The notes under the pieces are model-generated. The model was not told where the DNA came from, did not search any database, and was given only the letters and a program-made list of their open reading frames with translations. DNA of 63,735 nt, counting the filler, from Octopus bimaculoides (Eukaryota), in assembly GCF_001194135.2 (NCBI RefSeq). It is 9 parts of 9 records of this genome, joined end to end, with 100 filler letters (N's around TTAATTAATTAA, not from the genome) between each part and the next. Parts side by side here need not be neighbours in the genome. Positions count along the whole stretch, not along the records: positions 1 to 26,519 come from NC_068984.1; 8 more parts are not named here. One strand, written 5' to 3'. Made by a program: the position numbers and the translations under genes. Below, in pieces: positions 12,824-25,944 of this stretch. Every line of letters begins with the position of its first letter. Positions within the stretch are counted from its first letter, which is position 1.

Positions 12824-13084
12824 TGTGTGTATAATCCTAAGCACTTTTATGATTTGTACTATAGAAAGTAAATAAAATACATACACACATACGTATACAA
12901 TCACACACACTCATACTATGTGTGCATGTACTTATGAATTTATGCGCGCGTGCACACACGGATATTCACACTTACATAAGCATTTATAGTTGGGCGTTTC
13001 TAGGGGAACACTTCGGTGTACCTAATCCTTAAATTTGCATTTTTCTGTAAGTCATTATTACTGTTTCATGTTGCTGAAATTGTC

Positions 13085-13965
13085 GGATCTATTTTAAAAC
13101 GGGGGCGCCAGTTTTCATTTATGTTTTATGTAGTGTTTTTGGTATGGAAAGACTTTCAAACTTCGTATACTTATCTATTTTGTGTTATAGAACAGAAAAA
13201 TATTTTTGTATTCGAATTTATTTCATGTAAAAAATTGTCTTATTTCGATAATTTCTACTAATCACTGACGTCTATTCAGTTGAAAACAGTTAGCGCTGTA
13301 ACGGTGTATATCGTATTAATCCCCTAACCCTAACACTAACCCTAACTAGACTGTTAACCGTAACCGTAACCGTAACCCTAACCCTAAAACTAACCCTAAC
13401 TCGAGAATCCGAACTCTAAAATTGTTACACACATAGATACGCACAGCGTAATTTATTATATAAACAATATATGCGTATAAATTACGATTAAACCGGATGA
13501 AATATGTCACAGGGAATAANNNNNNNNNNCCTAACCCTAACACTAACCCTAACTAGACTGTTAACCGTAACCGTAACCGTAACCCTAACCCTAAAACTAA
13601 CCCTAACTCGAGAATCCGAACTCTAAAATTGTTACACACATAGATACGCACAGCGTAATTTATTATATAAACAATATATGCGTATAAATTACGATTAAAC
13701 CGGATGAAATATGTCACAGGGAATAACATTTTTATGACCGCCCAGCAGTAAACTCTATTCAGCTGAATAGACGTCAGTGATTGGTTGAAATTACAGAAAT
13801 ACGACAACTTTTACATGGAATAACTTGCGAATTCCTTTTTTTTGTTAAGAAGACTAAGAGTAAAAGATGTTTTATATGACACATTCTACCAGTGTCCCAA
13901 GTTTCAAAGTGTTTCGTTAGTGTTTCGTTAAGAAAATACTGGCGCCCCCGTTTTAAAATAGATCC
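13085..13965. mobile_element. MITE with GG-starting TIRs and 8-bp TSD (Merlin-like), carrying a telomere-like internal repeat
   Basis: Perfect 28-bp TIR GGATCTATTTTAAAACGGGGGCGCCAGT. TSD AAATTGTC at 13077-13084 and 13966-13973. Imperfect subterminal inverted repeats extend about 230 bp. Internal (CTAACC/GTAACC)n arrays. Confidence 0.8.
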
Positions 13966-15577
13966 AAATTGTCACCTAATATACTGATATAAATTAGTAG
14001 GTTAATGTGTCAGGTTTCGAAATTTAATAACTCCTAGTGATATTATAAAGGTCTAACAACCGAATGATTACAATTTCATATTCATATCACCGTATGCAGT
14101 TTTGCATGGATGTCATTACGTACTGCACGTATGTTTGTATGTCTGGGTCTACGTATACCCGTGTATGTATGACCATTTTGAAACTTTTAGAACTGTGTAA
14201 AGTAAATATAATTCATCACCCACCTTCCCTTTTTTCTGTCTGCCTTTGCCTTGTTAACTGTCTCCTCACCCTCTCTCTGTCCTACAATATATCCGTACCC
14301 ACCCCGCTCTTCGCCATCGGCCTCTGGTACACGTGTGATAATATCACGCTTCAAACCAAAAATACTGGGATGGGTTAGAAACTTCAAAAATAGTGTAAGG
14401 TCGTATGACTTATACCAGATGATACATTTTAAAGATATTAATATAATCACCGTCTGCAAATTGTTCAACTAGGGCAAGTCAGCCGGGTAGTATTTTCTGT
14501 CTTTGGGCTACGACATTGCTCTTAACTATGAAATTGAATAAAATATTTGTTAATATTTACAGTGGGTTGTCAACTTACGCTAAGTTGTAAAAAGCAAAAG
14601 ATATCACGAAAATACCTACACACTTACAAACACTTTCATATATATGTATATATAAATGTATGCATTTATAGGCATACCTATACACACACATACGGATGTG
14701 TGTGTGTGTAAACGTCTACGTGGTTTCTTTTGCATGTGTGTGTATATATATATATATATATNNNNNNNNNNNNNNNNNNNNNNNNNNNNNNNNNNNNNNN
14801 NNNNNNNNNNNNNNNNNNNNNNNNNNNNNNNNNNNNNNNNNNNNNNNNNNNNNNNNNNNNNNNNNNNNNNNNNNNNNNNNNNNNNNNNNNNNNNNNNNNN
14901 NNNNNNNNNNNNNNNNNNNNNNNNNNNNNNNNNNNNNNNNNNNNNNNNNNNNNNNNNNNNNNNNNNNNNNNNNNNNNNNNNNNNNNNNNNNNNNNNNNNN
15001 NNNNNNNNNNNNNNNNNNNNNNNNNNNNNNNNNNNNNNNNNNNNNNNNNNNNNNNNNNNNNNNNNNNNNNNNNNNNNNNNNNNNNNNNNNNNNNNNNNNN
15101 NNNNNNNNNACATTATTATATGTATTTATTTTCTGTAAGTTAATAATTAACTCCGATAAAATAAATTGGTTAATAGATACCAGGGTAGCAAAGATCACTA
15201 AATGACTGTGGTGTAACTCCTGTTTATGAGGTAGAAACTCCTTGTTATTTTGGGTACTTGAGTAAATATACAAATTTAGTAAATGGAGTAAAACGCATAT
15301 GTTAAATGAATTCTTTTATTTCCAACATATGTTTCGAAGATTGCAAAATGTACCTTCGAAAGGAATAGGTGATGTTGATAAGGATGTAATCTTCTCTTCA
15401 GGGAAATACATAGGAACCAGCTTAACAGTAAGACATTTTAACCGAATGCGATAACTGTAGTTAGAGAAGATTGCTACGTAACTTATTTGAAAAAAATGTC
15501 TTGCCATTTGTTTTTCTTTGCTTGTAGATACCAATATTTACAGTAAATAAGATAAAATCCGCGACCTGTTTAGTTTC

Positions 15578-16470
15578 CAAAGACCACAAATTGTTGGAGC
15601 GCGGATGGCTGGAGCTTTAGTCAGTAAAATTGCCGAATTGTTTAATGTGCTGCCATTCTAAAAAGAAGGTAAAACAAGCTCTGGCAAGCATAATTCAGGA
15701 TGGAAGGCAAAGCTCACAGAGAGATGAAATAGTGAGACGTATTGTATCTTAAAACAATCAAAAGACGGCACCAGAAATGACAGCCGAGTTTTAACCATGA
15801 CTTTACTAACATTGAGTCGTGAGCTCTATAAGCCTCGATATCAATGGAGGCTTGCAAATGCTAAACCTCTCTTGTCCACCACCATCTCTGATAAGCAGAC
15901 AATGTTATCTTCTCCGATGAATCATTACTCACCCTTTTTCCACTTCGGGCGAGTTCATGTCCAGAGACAGCTCAAAGAAACTTTGAACTTTAATTGTTTG
16001 GCTCTTGCCGTGAAGCATGGATGATGACTTGAGCAGCCATATCACAGGATTCTCTTGTCTCCTTATTTCTTTTACTTGGCAGAATTAACACCGAAATATT
16101 ATCTGAATATTTAGGCTGATCATGTCCATCGTATTGTATAAACATTGTTCAATGGTGGTAACGCAATCTTCTGAAAAGATAATGCGTCGATTCACATGGC
16201 TAATGTCATTCAAAACTGGTAAGGAGGACACTAAATTGAAGCAGACTACTTGGATTGGCCTCAATAATCACTACATCTCAATATAATCAAATATTTTATG
16301 GTGCATTTTAGAACAGCAAGTGAGGAGCTACTTGCCTCCAGTAGGGTCGCTGAAAGAGCTATAGCGGTTTTTACTGGAATGGCTCAACATTCCTCTAACG
16401 ATTATTCGGAACCGCTACAAGTTAACTTCTCGTTGTTTTAAATCTGTGATTCATGCCAAAGATAGAGCAG
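15578..16470 (+). mobile_element. Decayed Tc1-like transposase
   Basis: Translations RPQIVGARMAGA, FSDESLL, KDNASIHMA and DWPQ.SLHLNII. Same family as 60576-61030. TIRs were not located. Confidence 0.8.
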
Positions 16471-16589
16471 CTCCATAGTAATTAAGGTGTTTTTCGTTAT
16501 TTTGTAGGTATGTATGTAAGTATGTATGTATGTATGTATGTATGGATGGATGGATGGATGGATGGATGGATGGATGGATGCATAGACAG

Positions 16590-16720
16590 ATGGACGTTAT
16601 CCACTTACAAGGTCTTGGTCGGGCGAAAAAGACATTTCCGAAAATTCCACATAGTGGAACTAAACCGGAAGCCATGTGGTTGGGAAGCAAATTTTTTGCC
16701 ACATATACATGCCTGCCCCT
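16590..16720 (-). mobile_element. tRNA-derived SINE head
   Basis: Reverse complement of the GCAGG...TGTGGTAAG..GCTTGCTT..CAACCACATGGTTCCGGGTTCAGTCCCACT head seen at 32565 and 55095. Confidence 0.7.
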
Positions 16721-16729
16721 TAAAAAAGA

Positions 16730-16775
16730 TGCTCCTAGTGAGGATCGCGCTCACGACCTTCAGATTATGAAACTG
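16730..16775 (-). pseudogene. 3' half of an elongator tRNA-Met(CAT)
   Basis: Minus strand TCAGTTTCATAATCTGAAGGTCGTGAGCGCGATCCTCACTAGGAGCA matches the anticodon arm, T arm and acceptor 3' strand of metazoan tRNA-Met. It is followed by TCTTTTTT. The 5' half is absent. Confidence 0.7.
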
Positions 16776-17152
16776 ATGATAATGATTGATAATTTTGGTG
16801 TTATTGATTGAGAGAGGTTAGTATAATTAACAATGACCAGTGATGGTGGAGATGGCCAATGGAGATATTTAGTTGTGTTCAGGAAAGTAGCGTAACTTAA
16901 CCTATCGATAAACTTTACCAAAGATACCTTTAGTCTAAATTTTCATTGTTTCTGTGAATGAAAATTTTATAAGCAAAGCGTGCATGGCTATGTAGTAATA
17001 TACAAATGGGTAGAACGCCGTAGGCGTGAAACATTTAGCTACGTGGTCTCGAGTTAGCTGCATTATATTTTTCCCAGAATAGCCCTGCCAAAATTGGGAC
17101 GTGCCTTATACGCTCGTGCGATTCATACATTCATACATACAAAAATATGTTT

Positions 17153-17223
<71 letters not shown>

Positions 17224-17454
17224 ACCCGCACAGGCATACATACAAGCACATACGAGCGCGCGCACACTTTTAGTGACGGTATTGATTACTTATTCTTGAA
17301 TGAGTAATCAACACCATGAGAGTGGATAAACAAGAATGTTTTGAATAAAATTTATGTTGACTTTGTGGAGCCCAAAAGTAATGAGGATTTATTCAATCAG
17401 AATTCATATCACATTACAATCTGATGTAACGAAATGCGCAATAATATTAAAAAA

Positions 17455-17690
17455 GACGGTGGGCTTGGAGAATCCTTAGCACGCTGGGCAAAATGCTTAG
17501 CGGCATTTCGTCCGTTCTTACGGTCTCAGTTCAAATTCCGTCGAGATCAACTTTGCTTTTCATCCTTTCGGGATCCATAAAATAAATATCAGCAGAGCAC
17601 TGGGGTCTCTGTAATTGACTTATCCTCTCTTTCGAAATTGCTGGCCTTGAGCTATAATTTGAAATCAATATTTGAAAAGCTAGGTGAATT
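17455..17690 (+). mobile_element. Octopod-type tRNA-derived SINE
   Basis: GGCAAAATGCTTAGCGGCATTTCGTCC...GTTCAAATTCCG...CTTTGCTTTTCATCCTTTCGGG has homologues at 30000-30150, 34208-34420, 37290-37432 and 58630-58800. Confidence 0.8.
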
Positions 17691-18279
17691 AAAGTTGTGC
17701 CATATATGAAGCACTGATAAACAACTTTGAAAAATCACATGAAATATATATATGCGAAACTCACATTAAAATACAAGTGCATGAGTAAATACTATTTCTG
17801 TAATAGTAACTCGCAAGTTACGCAGTCAACTCCAACAAACGAGATAATACCTAATAAGCAAGACACTACCTAGTAAGTAAAACACAACTTTTGATTGGAT
17901 AGCGCTTCGAACGAATCGAAGCACAAAGCAGACGAAGTGAAAATTAAAAACTCGTTATGATTTGCTAACCTCTTTGTTGAAGTAAAAATATCTTCAGGCA
18001 ACTTATAAACTATTTTATAAATACAACTTACACAAGAAAAATCGGACCAAAACCATAAAATCTTCAATAAATAGTTAACAACGAGTTAGGATAGTTACAT
18101 AGTAGCCACCATGTCGCTTTTCGGTACATGAGAGCATGCTTACAATGCGATAATAGTTTCACCTATCACCTTGGTACTAGACACCCTTAAGATACAAACC
18201 ACTAACCAAAAGCAATACCAAGTTACCTACAAAAGTATTCTCTCCCTTAAAAATTTAACTCGTATTTCTCCACTGGCTA

Positions 18280-18460
18280 TAGCGAAAAACCATATACAAC
18301 AAATCCATTCACTTGTCTATAACTGGATTCTATAGATCTTCTCAAGCACTTCTCTGCTTCCAATAATACCCCCGAAAACTAAATTTTTCATCCAATAATA
18401 CAACTCAGGGAAGGTGTTAATAATGGGTGACTTCAGTCTATACATTGCAGATTGATCTTT
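18280..18460 (+). mobile_element. Possible decayed LINE apurinic endonuclease remnant
   Basis: Only a LIMGDFS (GDFN-like) motif and a VY/YRS-like motif upstream; heavily degraded. Confidence 0.3.
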
Positions 18461-19178
18461 GATTACTTTGAATCTAGGAGTTTGCATCTCGACCTCAGAC
18501 AGAACATTAGTTTATAAATAATACGTTGAAGTTTATAAATAATTATTCCTGTCCCCAAATCGTACTTCAACCAAAGAGACAAAGAAGAATCTTCGATGCA
18601 GTGAAGAGCAACCGCACTATCACTGTTTCATAAAATCACAATCGAATATACACTCTAAATACCCACCGGCAAAGGTTTCTGCTGGAATTACCATATCTTA
18701 AGGTGACTCTGTAGTTTTATATAACACTCGAGACATATGTAGAGTAACGTATTTGTATTTGTAAAGCTTTACGACGTAAGCTTGGGTATCGCTCATTCGA
18801 TTTTGCTTGATTGTAAATCTAGAATTTAAAAACTGATGTTAAAGGAAAATTAGGCACTCGGAACAAGGCAGTACATTAGATCCAAATTCTCTCTCTTTAT
18901 ATTCAGGATGAATATATTTATGGAGTCTATGATATTAAAACGGAATTTTCCTATAATACTAAAAGTAAATTTAGCTCTAACAAATGATTGATCATGGATA
19001 TAGACGGATAAGAAAGCCTACAGAACGAGAAGAGTTGCCTTTTTCTAACATCTTTGGAGATAATGAATAAGTTACAATTGCAATCTTTGACTTCCTAGAA
19101 CCCTATACCCCACCTCTCTCACTTTTCTCTAACGTGTGTTTCTTAGCATATATGAAGCCGTACATAAATACGGAGATA

Positions 19179-20031
19179 CGAGGTAGTATCATAAAATTCC
19201 CGGACTAGTTCTGTAGCGCGCTAATAGACGGTAGCACGCGGTTGCATGCGCTATGTTTACTTTGCAAGTTGTGATATTTGTGATTTTGTGATTACGTGTA
19301 GACTTCGATATTGTCATGGGCAGGAAGTTGGAACAAAGAGCCAACGTAAAATTTTGCGTTAAACTTGGGAGTCTGCTACAGAGACATCAAACATGCCTAA
19401 GCAAGCTTATGGCGCCAAGGCCATGAGTCGTACGCAATGTTTCGAGTGGCACGGGCGCTTCGAAAGCGGATGAACGTCCCTGGAAGACAATGAGCGATCT
19501 GGAAGACCTGTCACAAGCGTCACCTCCAGAAATATTGCGTCCCACAGGGCCAGACCGTCAATCGAAAGTTTTACTGCAACGTTTTGAAGCGTTTGAGGGA
19601 GGACATCTGGCGAAAGTGACCAGATCTGTAGAGCGCGAAGAATTGAATTCTTCACGATGACAATGCACCTTGTCACCGAGCCTTCCTCACTCATGAGTTT
19701 CTCGCCAAGAACAACATGATATCGCTTCCGCACCCACCCTGTTCGCCAGATTTAGCACCTGCAGACTCCCATATCTTCCCCAAGGTGAAAATATAGATTA
19801 TATGTCGCCATTTTAACACCGTTGTCGAGATCCAGAGTGAATGACAGAAGGTCCTCGACTCGCTTACGGAAAACGACTTCCAGGCCGGATTTCAAAAGTG
19901 GCAGGAAGGCTGGGACCGGTATATTGTTGCGTAAAGTGACTATTTCAAAGGAAATGATGTAAAAATTAGGTAAATAAGTAAATTTTTAAAATTAAAAACA
20001 ACTAGTCCTGGAACCTTTTGATACCACCTCG
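19179..20031 (+). mobile_element. Mariner (D,D34D type) element, internally deleted, both TIRs present
   Basis: TA|CGAGGTAGTATCATAAAATTCCGGACTAGTT ... AACTAGTCCTGGAACCTTTTGATACCACCTCG|TA. Translations EQRANVKFCVKLG, FEWHGRFESG, VPQGQTVNRKFY, LHDDNAPCH and HPPCSPDLAPAD. Confidence 0.92.
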
Positions 20032-20343
20032 TACATGTATGTGCATGTGAGTGTATGATTGTACAAATATTATGAAGCCTTTGTACAATCGCTGGCCTAT
20101 GTATGTATGTATGTATGTATGTATGTATGTATGTATGTATGTATGTATGTATGTATGTACGTATATTCTTATGCATATAGTTGCATATCTAGACATGCTC
20201 ATGTATATTTAAATGATAAACTTCTGGAAAGTTTTACAGATTTTTACAGTTCCAGAAATGGATTGGATCAGTAGTCTTCGAATAAGCTTTCTCCTTTCTG
20301 GTTTTGAGAAGCCTAATTTCTCAAGATTAGTATTTAGGCAGTA

Positions 20344-21030
20344 TGTTACTGTGGGGATGAGCCGGAAGTAGAGGGTCATTATGACAATGGTCAAGGGACT
20401 AACTGGAAGAGGAAGCATGAGAAGGGAAGTGCGGGGGCGGGGAGAAGACAGGGTCGTCCTCTTTTGGCTGGCCGAGGCGGCATTGCAAACGGACGTGAGG
20501 GAATTCGCTCTCGGGTTGGGGAGATAACAGCTGTTTATACTGGGTGACAGGGTAGGGCATGATTGCCGGAATGACCACTACTAGACGGGCGCAGACGACT
20601 GAGGAAGGTAGGTGAACCTCCTTTCATTTCCCACGCTTGACAAGCTATTTCGGCAGTTGTATACAGACATCATTGTCCCCTTGATATATGATGGCAACGA
20701 AGATAAGGTTCGGCAGTGATGTCATCAGACCTTTCTATGGCGAAGGTGACGTAGTAGCCTGGATTTGAAAAGTCAAAGTTGTGGCCAGGCTACAAGGCAT
20801 CGAAGATGTGAGCCTCATGGCCCTGTATTTTTAGGGGAGTGCGGTGGCACTGTACCTCGAAATGGATGAAAAAGAACAGCTGAGCGCGGCAAAGATCAAG
20901 CAGCGCTTGAGAGAGACTCACACAGATAGAGAGTACGCCGTTTTTGCTAAACTGGGAATGATCAGATGGAGAGGGGAACAGGTCGACGAATACGCTGTGG
21001 AGGTACGGAAGCTGGTTATGGTCTTACCGG
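20344..21030 (+). mobile_element. Gypsy LTR-retrotransposon 5' fragment (putative LTR and gag N-terminus)
   Basis: GC-richer island starting TGTTAC. Translation DVIRPFYGEGDVVAWI.KVKVVARLQGIEDV...ALYLEMDEKEQLSAAKIKQRL...RWRGEQVDEYAVEVRKL resembles invertebrate Gypsy gag. Confidence 0.7.
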
Positions 21031-21110
21031 TAAGGAACTTGAGAAAGTAGCGCGACAAAGAAACAATGTGTAATTTTGGTATTTCTGTTTCCTTGTGAAC
21101 CAGTGAGATG

Positions 21111-21144
<34 letters not shown>

Positions 21145-21155
21145 TGTATGTATGT

Positions 21156-21408
21156 GGAGGCGCAATGGTCCAGTGGTTAGGGCAGCGGACTCGTGGTCAT
21201 AGGATCGCGGTTTCGATTCCCAAACCGAGCGTTGTGAGTGTTTATTGAGCGAAAACACCTAAAGCTCCACGAGGCTCCGGCAGGGGATGGTGGCGAACTC
21301 TGCTGTACTCTTTCACCACAACTTTCTCTCACTCTTACTTCCTGTTTCTGTTGTGCCTGTAATTCAAAGGGTCAGACTTGTCACACTGTGTCACGCTGAA
21401 TGCTTCTT
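21156..21408 (+). mobile_element. tRNA-derived SINE (distinct family)
   Basis: GGAGGCGCAATGGTCCAGTGGTTAGGGCAGCGGACTCG...GGTTTCGATTCCC carries A-box-like and B-box-like motifs followed by a non-tRNA body. Confidence 0.8.
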
Positions 21409-21428
21409 ACCACTCAGCCGCGCCTCCT

Positions 21429-21518
21429 ATTCTTCTTCTTCTTCTTCTTCTTCTTCTTCTTCTTCTTCTTCTTCTTCTTCTTCGTTTTCTTCTTCTTCTT
21501 CGTTTTCTTCTTCTTCTT

Positions 21519-21612
<94 letters not shown>
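21429..21612. repeat. Compound (CTT)n(CTA)n microsatellite; probable tail of the adjacent minus-strand LINE
   Basis: Direct reading; it abuts the 3' UTR of the element at 21620-22290. Confidence 0.95.
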
Positions 21613-21619
21613 TAGACGT

Positions 21620-22290
21620 CGCAGAGTATACAATATCGTGAGGTTATTGATTGAAGATATTGTCTACCGGGGGTTTGTACTGTTTGTCAAGTCACAACAA
21701 GGACCTCAGACAGACAGTACTTTACGCAAATATGTGTGCAGTTCCAAGCAATATCGACTTTTGCAATACATCTAGATTGTAGGGTATCTCTAAGGTTTTC
21801 AGATGTTTTTTTCAGATTGGGTGGCATTGGACGCAATGCTCCGATGACAATAAGGATAACCTTTATGTTCGACTCTCGTAGCTGCCACATCTTGGCGATC
21901 TCAATTCTCAGGTCTCCATATTTATCAACCTTTTCTCTTTCTTTGATGATGATATGTTGATCTCCTGGCACTGCTACGTCGATTATTAGGAACCTTTGTT
22001 TGTCCCTCTTAAAGGTTACTATATCCGGCCTTCGGTGCTCTAACACTTTGTCTGTCTGGAAATCAAAGTGCCAGAGGATTTTTAGCCTTGCCCTTTTCGC
22101 CCATTATCTTTTCCGGTGTATGTTGGCATCAAGCACCCGTAACCTCATATACATACTTACAGCGTAGTAACCAGTGGAGGTTTTGGGCTACTTTGTCGTG
22201 TCTACGCTTGTACTCTTTCTGTGCAAGACTTTCACAAGCACTAACAATGTGCGTCACACTTTCGACCCTACATACAACAGATTAGAGTGT
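21620..22290 (-). mobile_element. R4/Dong-like LINE 3' fragment (zinc knuckle and restriction-like endonuclease)
   Basis: CM.GRKCDAH/IVSACESLAQKEYKRRHDKVAQNLHW, ILWHFDFQTDKVLEHRRPDIV...LIIDVAVP...EKVDKYGDL...VIGAL. PD..D/E RLE motif present. Confidence 0.9.
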
Positions 22291-22294
22291 TGGT

Positions 22295-24750
22295 AAAGAA
22301 AAATCCTAACATCGGGCTACGACAAGTAATTTTAGATGTCAAGAACCCTCCTAAGTATCCTGACTGTCCCCTGTTTTCTAGAGCTGTACCAAACTGGGTT
22401 TTATGCCTATTTCCTCTATCCATCTGTTCAGATCTTTAGGGATAGTTCCCATTGCACCTATAACTACTGGGATACATTTACCCGCACTTTCCATAGTCTC
22501 TGTAATTCAATAGCTAGCTCCTGGCTATTTCTTCCCTACCTCTCATATTGATTTTCTCATTTGGAACTGTAAAGTCAATTACCTGGCACTTTCTATTCTC
22601 TTCATCTACTACTACTAAATCAGGCATTCTAGCTTCTATTACTCTGTCAGTCTGAAGGTTAAAGTTCCACAACATCTTGTATTTCTTACTTTCTAGTACT
22701 TTACTAGTTTCATGCTCATACCGTTTATCTGTATGTTCAAATCTTAGGCTTCTACATTGCTCCCAGTGAATCACTCTCCCTAGGTTGTCATGTTTTTTTC
22801 TTTTATTCTTTCTGTGCCATCTTACTACATTCTCTTACTGTATGAATAACGCTTTCGGACTATCTAGCTTTGATTTCACTAGCTTCCATACCCTTCAATT
22901 GTACTCCGCAATTTTCATTTTCATTTTCATAGTTAGTATTCTGTCAGATTCTAATTTTCCTAGATACCTATAACTCTCCCTCCTTCTTTTATTGATTTTA
23001 ATGTTTGGCCATGTGGTAATTAGATGCCTTCACTGTTAACTTCCTGTTCCCTTCTCACGACTAATATTGCTCATTATCTATGCCAAATTCCATGCCTATA
23101 TCTTTGCTGAAGAGTCTTACAGTCTGTATTAAGGAATCTAACTCCTATTCATTCTTACTAAAAAGCTTCAGATCATCCATGTAGAGCAATTGGTTATTTC
23201 TGAACTGCTATCCTTCCTTTGCTTTCCTTAATACTAAACTGAGGGGGATCAAACATAAGACGAATATTAAAGGGCACAATGAGTCCCCCTGAAAAATTCC
23301 TCTTTTAATATTAACTTTTTCTAAGACTGTGTCACCTGAGTAGAGATCTACTTTCCATTTCTTCATGCTAAAGCTAATTAATTCTCTTATGTAGTCTGCT
23401 ATACTGAATATACTCAGACATTCACTTATCCATGAGTGTGGGATCATGCCATAGGCTTTCCTATAATCTATCCATGCTATTGTGAGATTTTTCTTCCTAG
23501 CTTTTATATCATTTAGAACTACTTTCTGTATGTATAATAGATCATGTGTTCTAGCCGTCTTACTGTAACAATTTTGTTCATTTGGCACTAAATTCTGGTT
23601 GTCAAAGATACTCGTAAATGCTTTCTCAAAGCATTCCTGTTAACATCTTCCACATTAATGGTAAGCAAGTGATTGCTTTATAATTGCTAGCTGTATTACT
23701 CCTGCTCTTATCTTTCATAATGAGTATTACCTCTGCCTTGTCATCCAATCTGGTATCATTCCTCCATTAAGGCAATCCTGAAGTTGTTCCGTCAGCCCCA
23801 CCCATGTAAACTATTAAATTTCTTTGGGCCAGTGCCCTTGAACTAGGTCTGATCCTGGGCCCTTCTAATTCGGCACTTTTCTTTACACTTAACTCATAGA
23901 TGCACTAGTTAGTCTTAGATCTGGCTGATTTTCACTCACTATTTGTTTCCTCACTTTCTTTAACCATACTGCATCTCCATTATGATTGACTGGCTTATCC
24001 TAAATATTACTCCAGAACTTTCTAGCTTCTTCTGCATTAAGTTGCTCACCTTCAGTTTTTTGTTCTCCACTATTTATTTTGTTATAGAATCTCCCTTGGT
24101 TTGTCTCAAATGATCTATTCTGTTGATACTGATCTATTCTTTTCTGATACTCGGAGAGCTTGCCTGCTACTGTTATAATACGCAGTTTCAACTCTTCCAT
24201 GACTGTCTCAAATCCTTTCTCTTTGACTAAGTATCTTTTCCCAAGGAAAGATTTGTATCCTATGTTTCCTAACTTGTTCAGTTTCCAGGCTTCTATTCTA
24301 CTAAGATCTTGTCTTAACGCCTTCACTTTATTTTGTAGTCTCCTTTTTCACATTTGCTCTTTTTTAATCTTTCCCTGAGATATCTAATATTCCTGTGACT
24401 ACTGACCCTCCTGCATAGATCAATTAGTTAGTGTCTCCTATATTTTTAGTATTTACCCCACTGATAATAGAATCTACTTTTCTAATCATTTCTAGGGGTT
24501 TCCTTCTGTTGGTGCCTTTTAATGCTGGCAATCTTTTTTTTATTTCTTTACTCATTACTTCCTGCAACGCATCTAAAATTTTCTGATCTTCCTTACTCAT
24601 TGGTAGCACTATTATTATCATTTTTCTTTAGGTTCTTCTTCGGTTTGAGCTGTATCTCTTATGCTGTTGTTTGTCTTTCCTACTGCCTGGTCTTTCTTTC
24701 CCAGTTCTCTTCTGATCTCCTCTACCTCCAAGACTGAGCAGTCTTTTTAG
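22295..24750 (-). mobile_element. R4/Dong-like LINE, decayed RT and RLE, 5'-truncated
   Basis: RLPALKG, KLSEYQKRIDQYQQNRSF, WIDYRKAYGMIPHSW, GIFQGDSLCPLIFVL, LLYMDDLKLF, MLWNFNLQTDRVIEARMPDLVVVD. Several frameshifts and stops. Confidence 0.92.
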
Positions 24751-24759
24751 GACGGTACT

Positions 24760-25280
24760 GCCCACTCTAGTAAGGGGAGGGACCTAGAAAATGTGCCCTA
24801 AAGCTTGTCCTGAACGGTTCTGGCCAGCTAACCGCGGCTAACAGACATACCCATTTGCGGTTGATTCAAACTGAGAAAGCAAAGCCTAATCATTGGTACA
24901 TGGAGCATACGTACCCTCGTGGATCGAGACATCTCCGAACCTCAGAGAAGAACAGCTCTCATTGCCAAAGAATCGTCAAGATATATCGACATAACATCAA
25001 TCAGTGATACTCGACTGGCTGAGGAAGTGTTGCTGGCAGAATCAGGCAGCAGATACACTTGCTTCTGGAAAGGCAAGGCCCTATATGAGGACAGAATAGA
25101 CGAGACTGGATTCGCCATCGAGTTCAGTCTGCTGAAACAAATTCCCAGCCTTTCCATTAGCATAAATTAAAATCTAATAAAATGTCGCCTTTCTGTTAGC
25201 GACAAATGCTTCATCACCATCATGAGCGCGTACGCCTCTACAATGACGTGCACAGAAGAGACAAAGAAACATTTCTGTGA
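24760..25280 (+). mobile_element. RTE (BovB-like) LINE 5' end: UTR and endonuclease N-terminus
   Basis: IIGTWSIRTLVDRD...PQRRTALIAKESSRYIDI..ISDTRLAEE...YTCFWKGK...GFAI and IMSAYASTM. Confidence 0.85.
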
Positions 25281-25944
25281 TTTTATCCTACTATCGAATT
25301 AATTAATTATATATATATATATATNNNNNNNNNNNNNNNNNNNNNNNNNNNNNNNNNNNNNNNNNNNNNNNNNNNNNNNNNNNNNNNNNNNNNNNNNNNN
25401 NNNNNNNNNNNNNNNNNNTATATACTTAAAAAGAGAGAAATGGCAGAGAAGGTACTTTTATGTCTATGCGAATCTGCTTAAAATGTATTCTTATTTAACA
25501 ACTCAATATTTGCTTAATTAATTGAAGCAGACATTCATCTATATATGATGGAAATATCTAAAAATAAATTTTGTGGTGAAAATTATCAAATTATTTGTGG
25601 AAAAAGATAACATTCTTTGAGAGCAACCGCACATTTCTATGTCTAATGTCGACATGACAAAAAGTGAAGAAATATCACTCTACGCATATGGTTTCAAGCT
25701 GGCTTTGCCATGGTAATCTATTATTAAGAAATATAGTATGACGTCTGCTCCTAGCCAAAGCATTTCTATTTGTAGCATAAATTCAGTATATTCAAATATA
25801 TTTTGAAGCTTATTAGAGGAATAGGTATAATGAGCGTTTTAGGAACTTTACGATTTGGTTTTTTTTTCCAACGATTACATATTGATTAAATGATTATGTT
25901 GCATTTCGTTTTTGGATTTGGTTTGCAAGATTCTATGCCCACAA

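Noticed and set aside
13323-13726. About 200-bp exact tandem duplication inside the MITE
   Set aside because: Identical copies separated by a 10-N gap; most likely unmerged overlapping contig ends.
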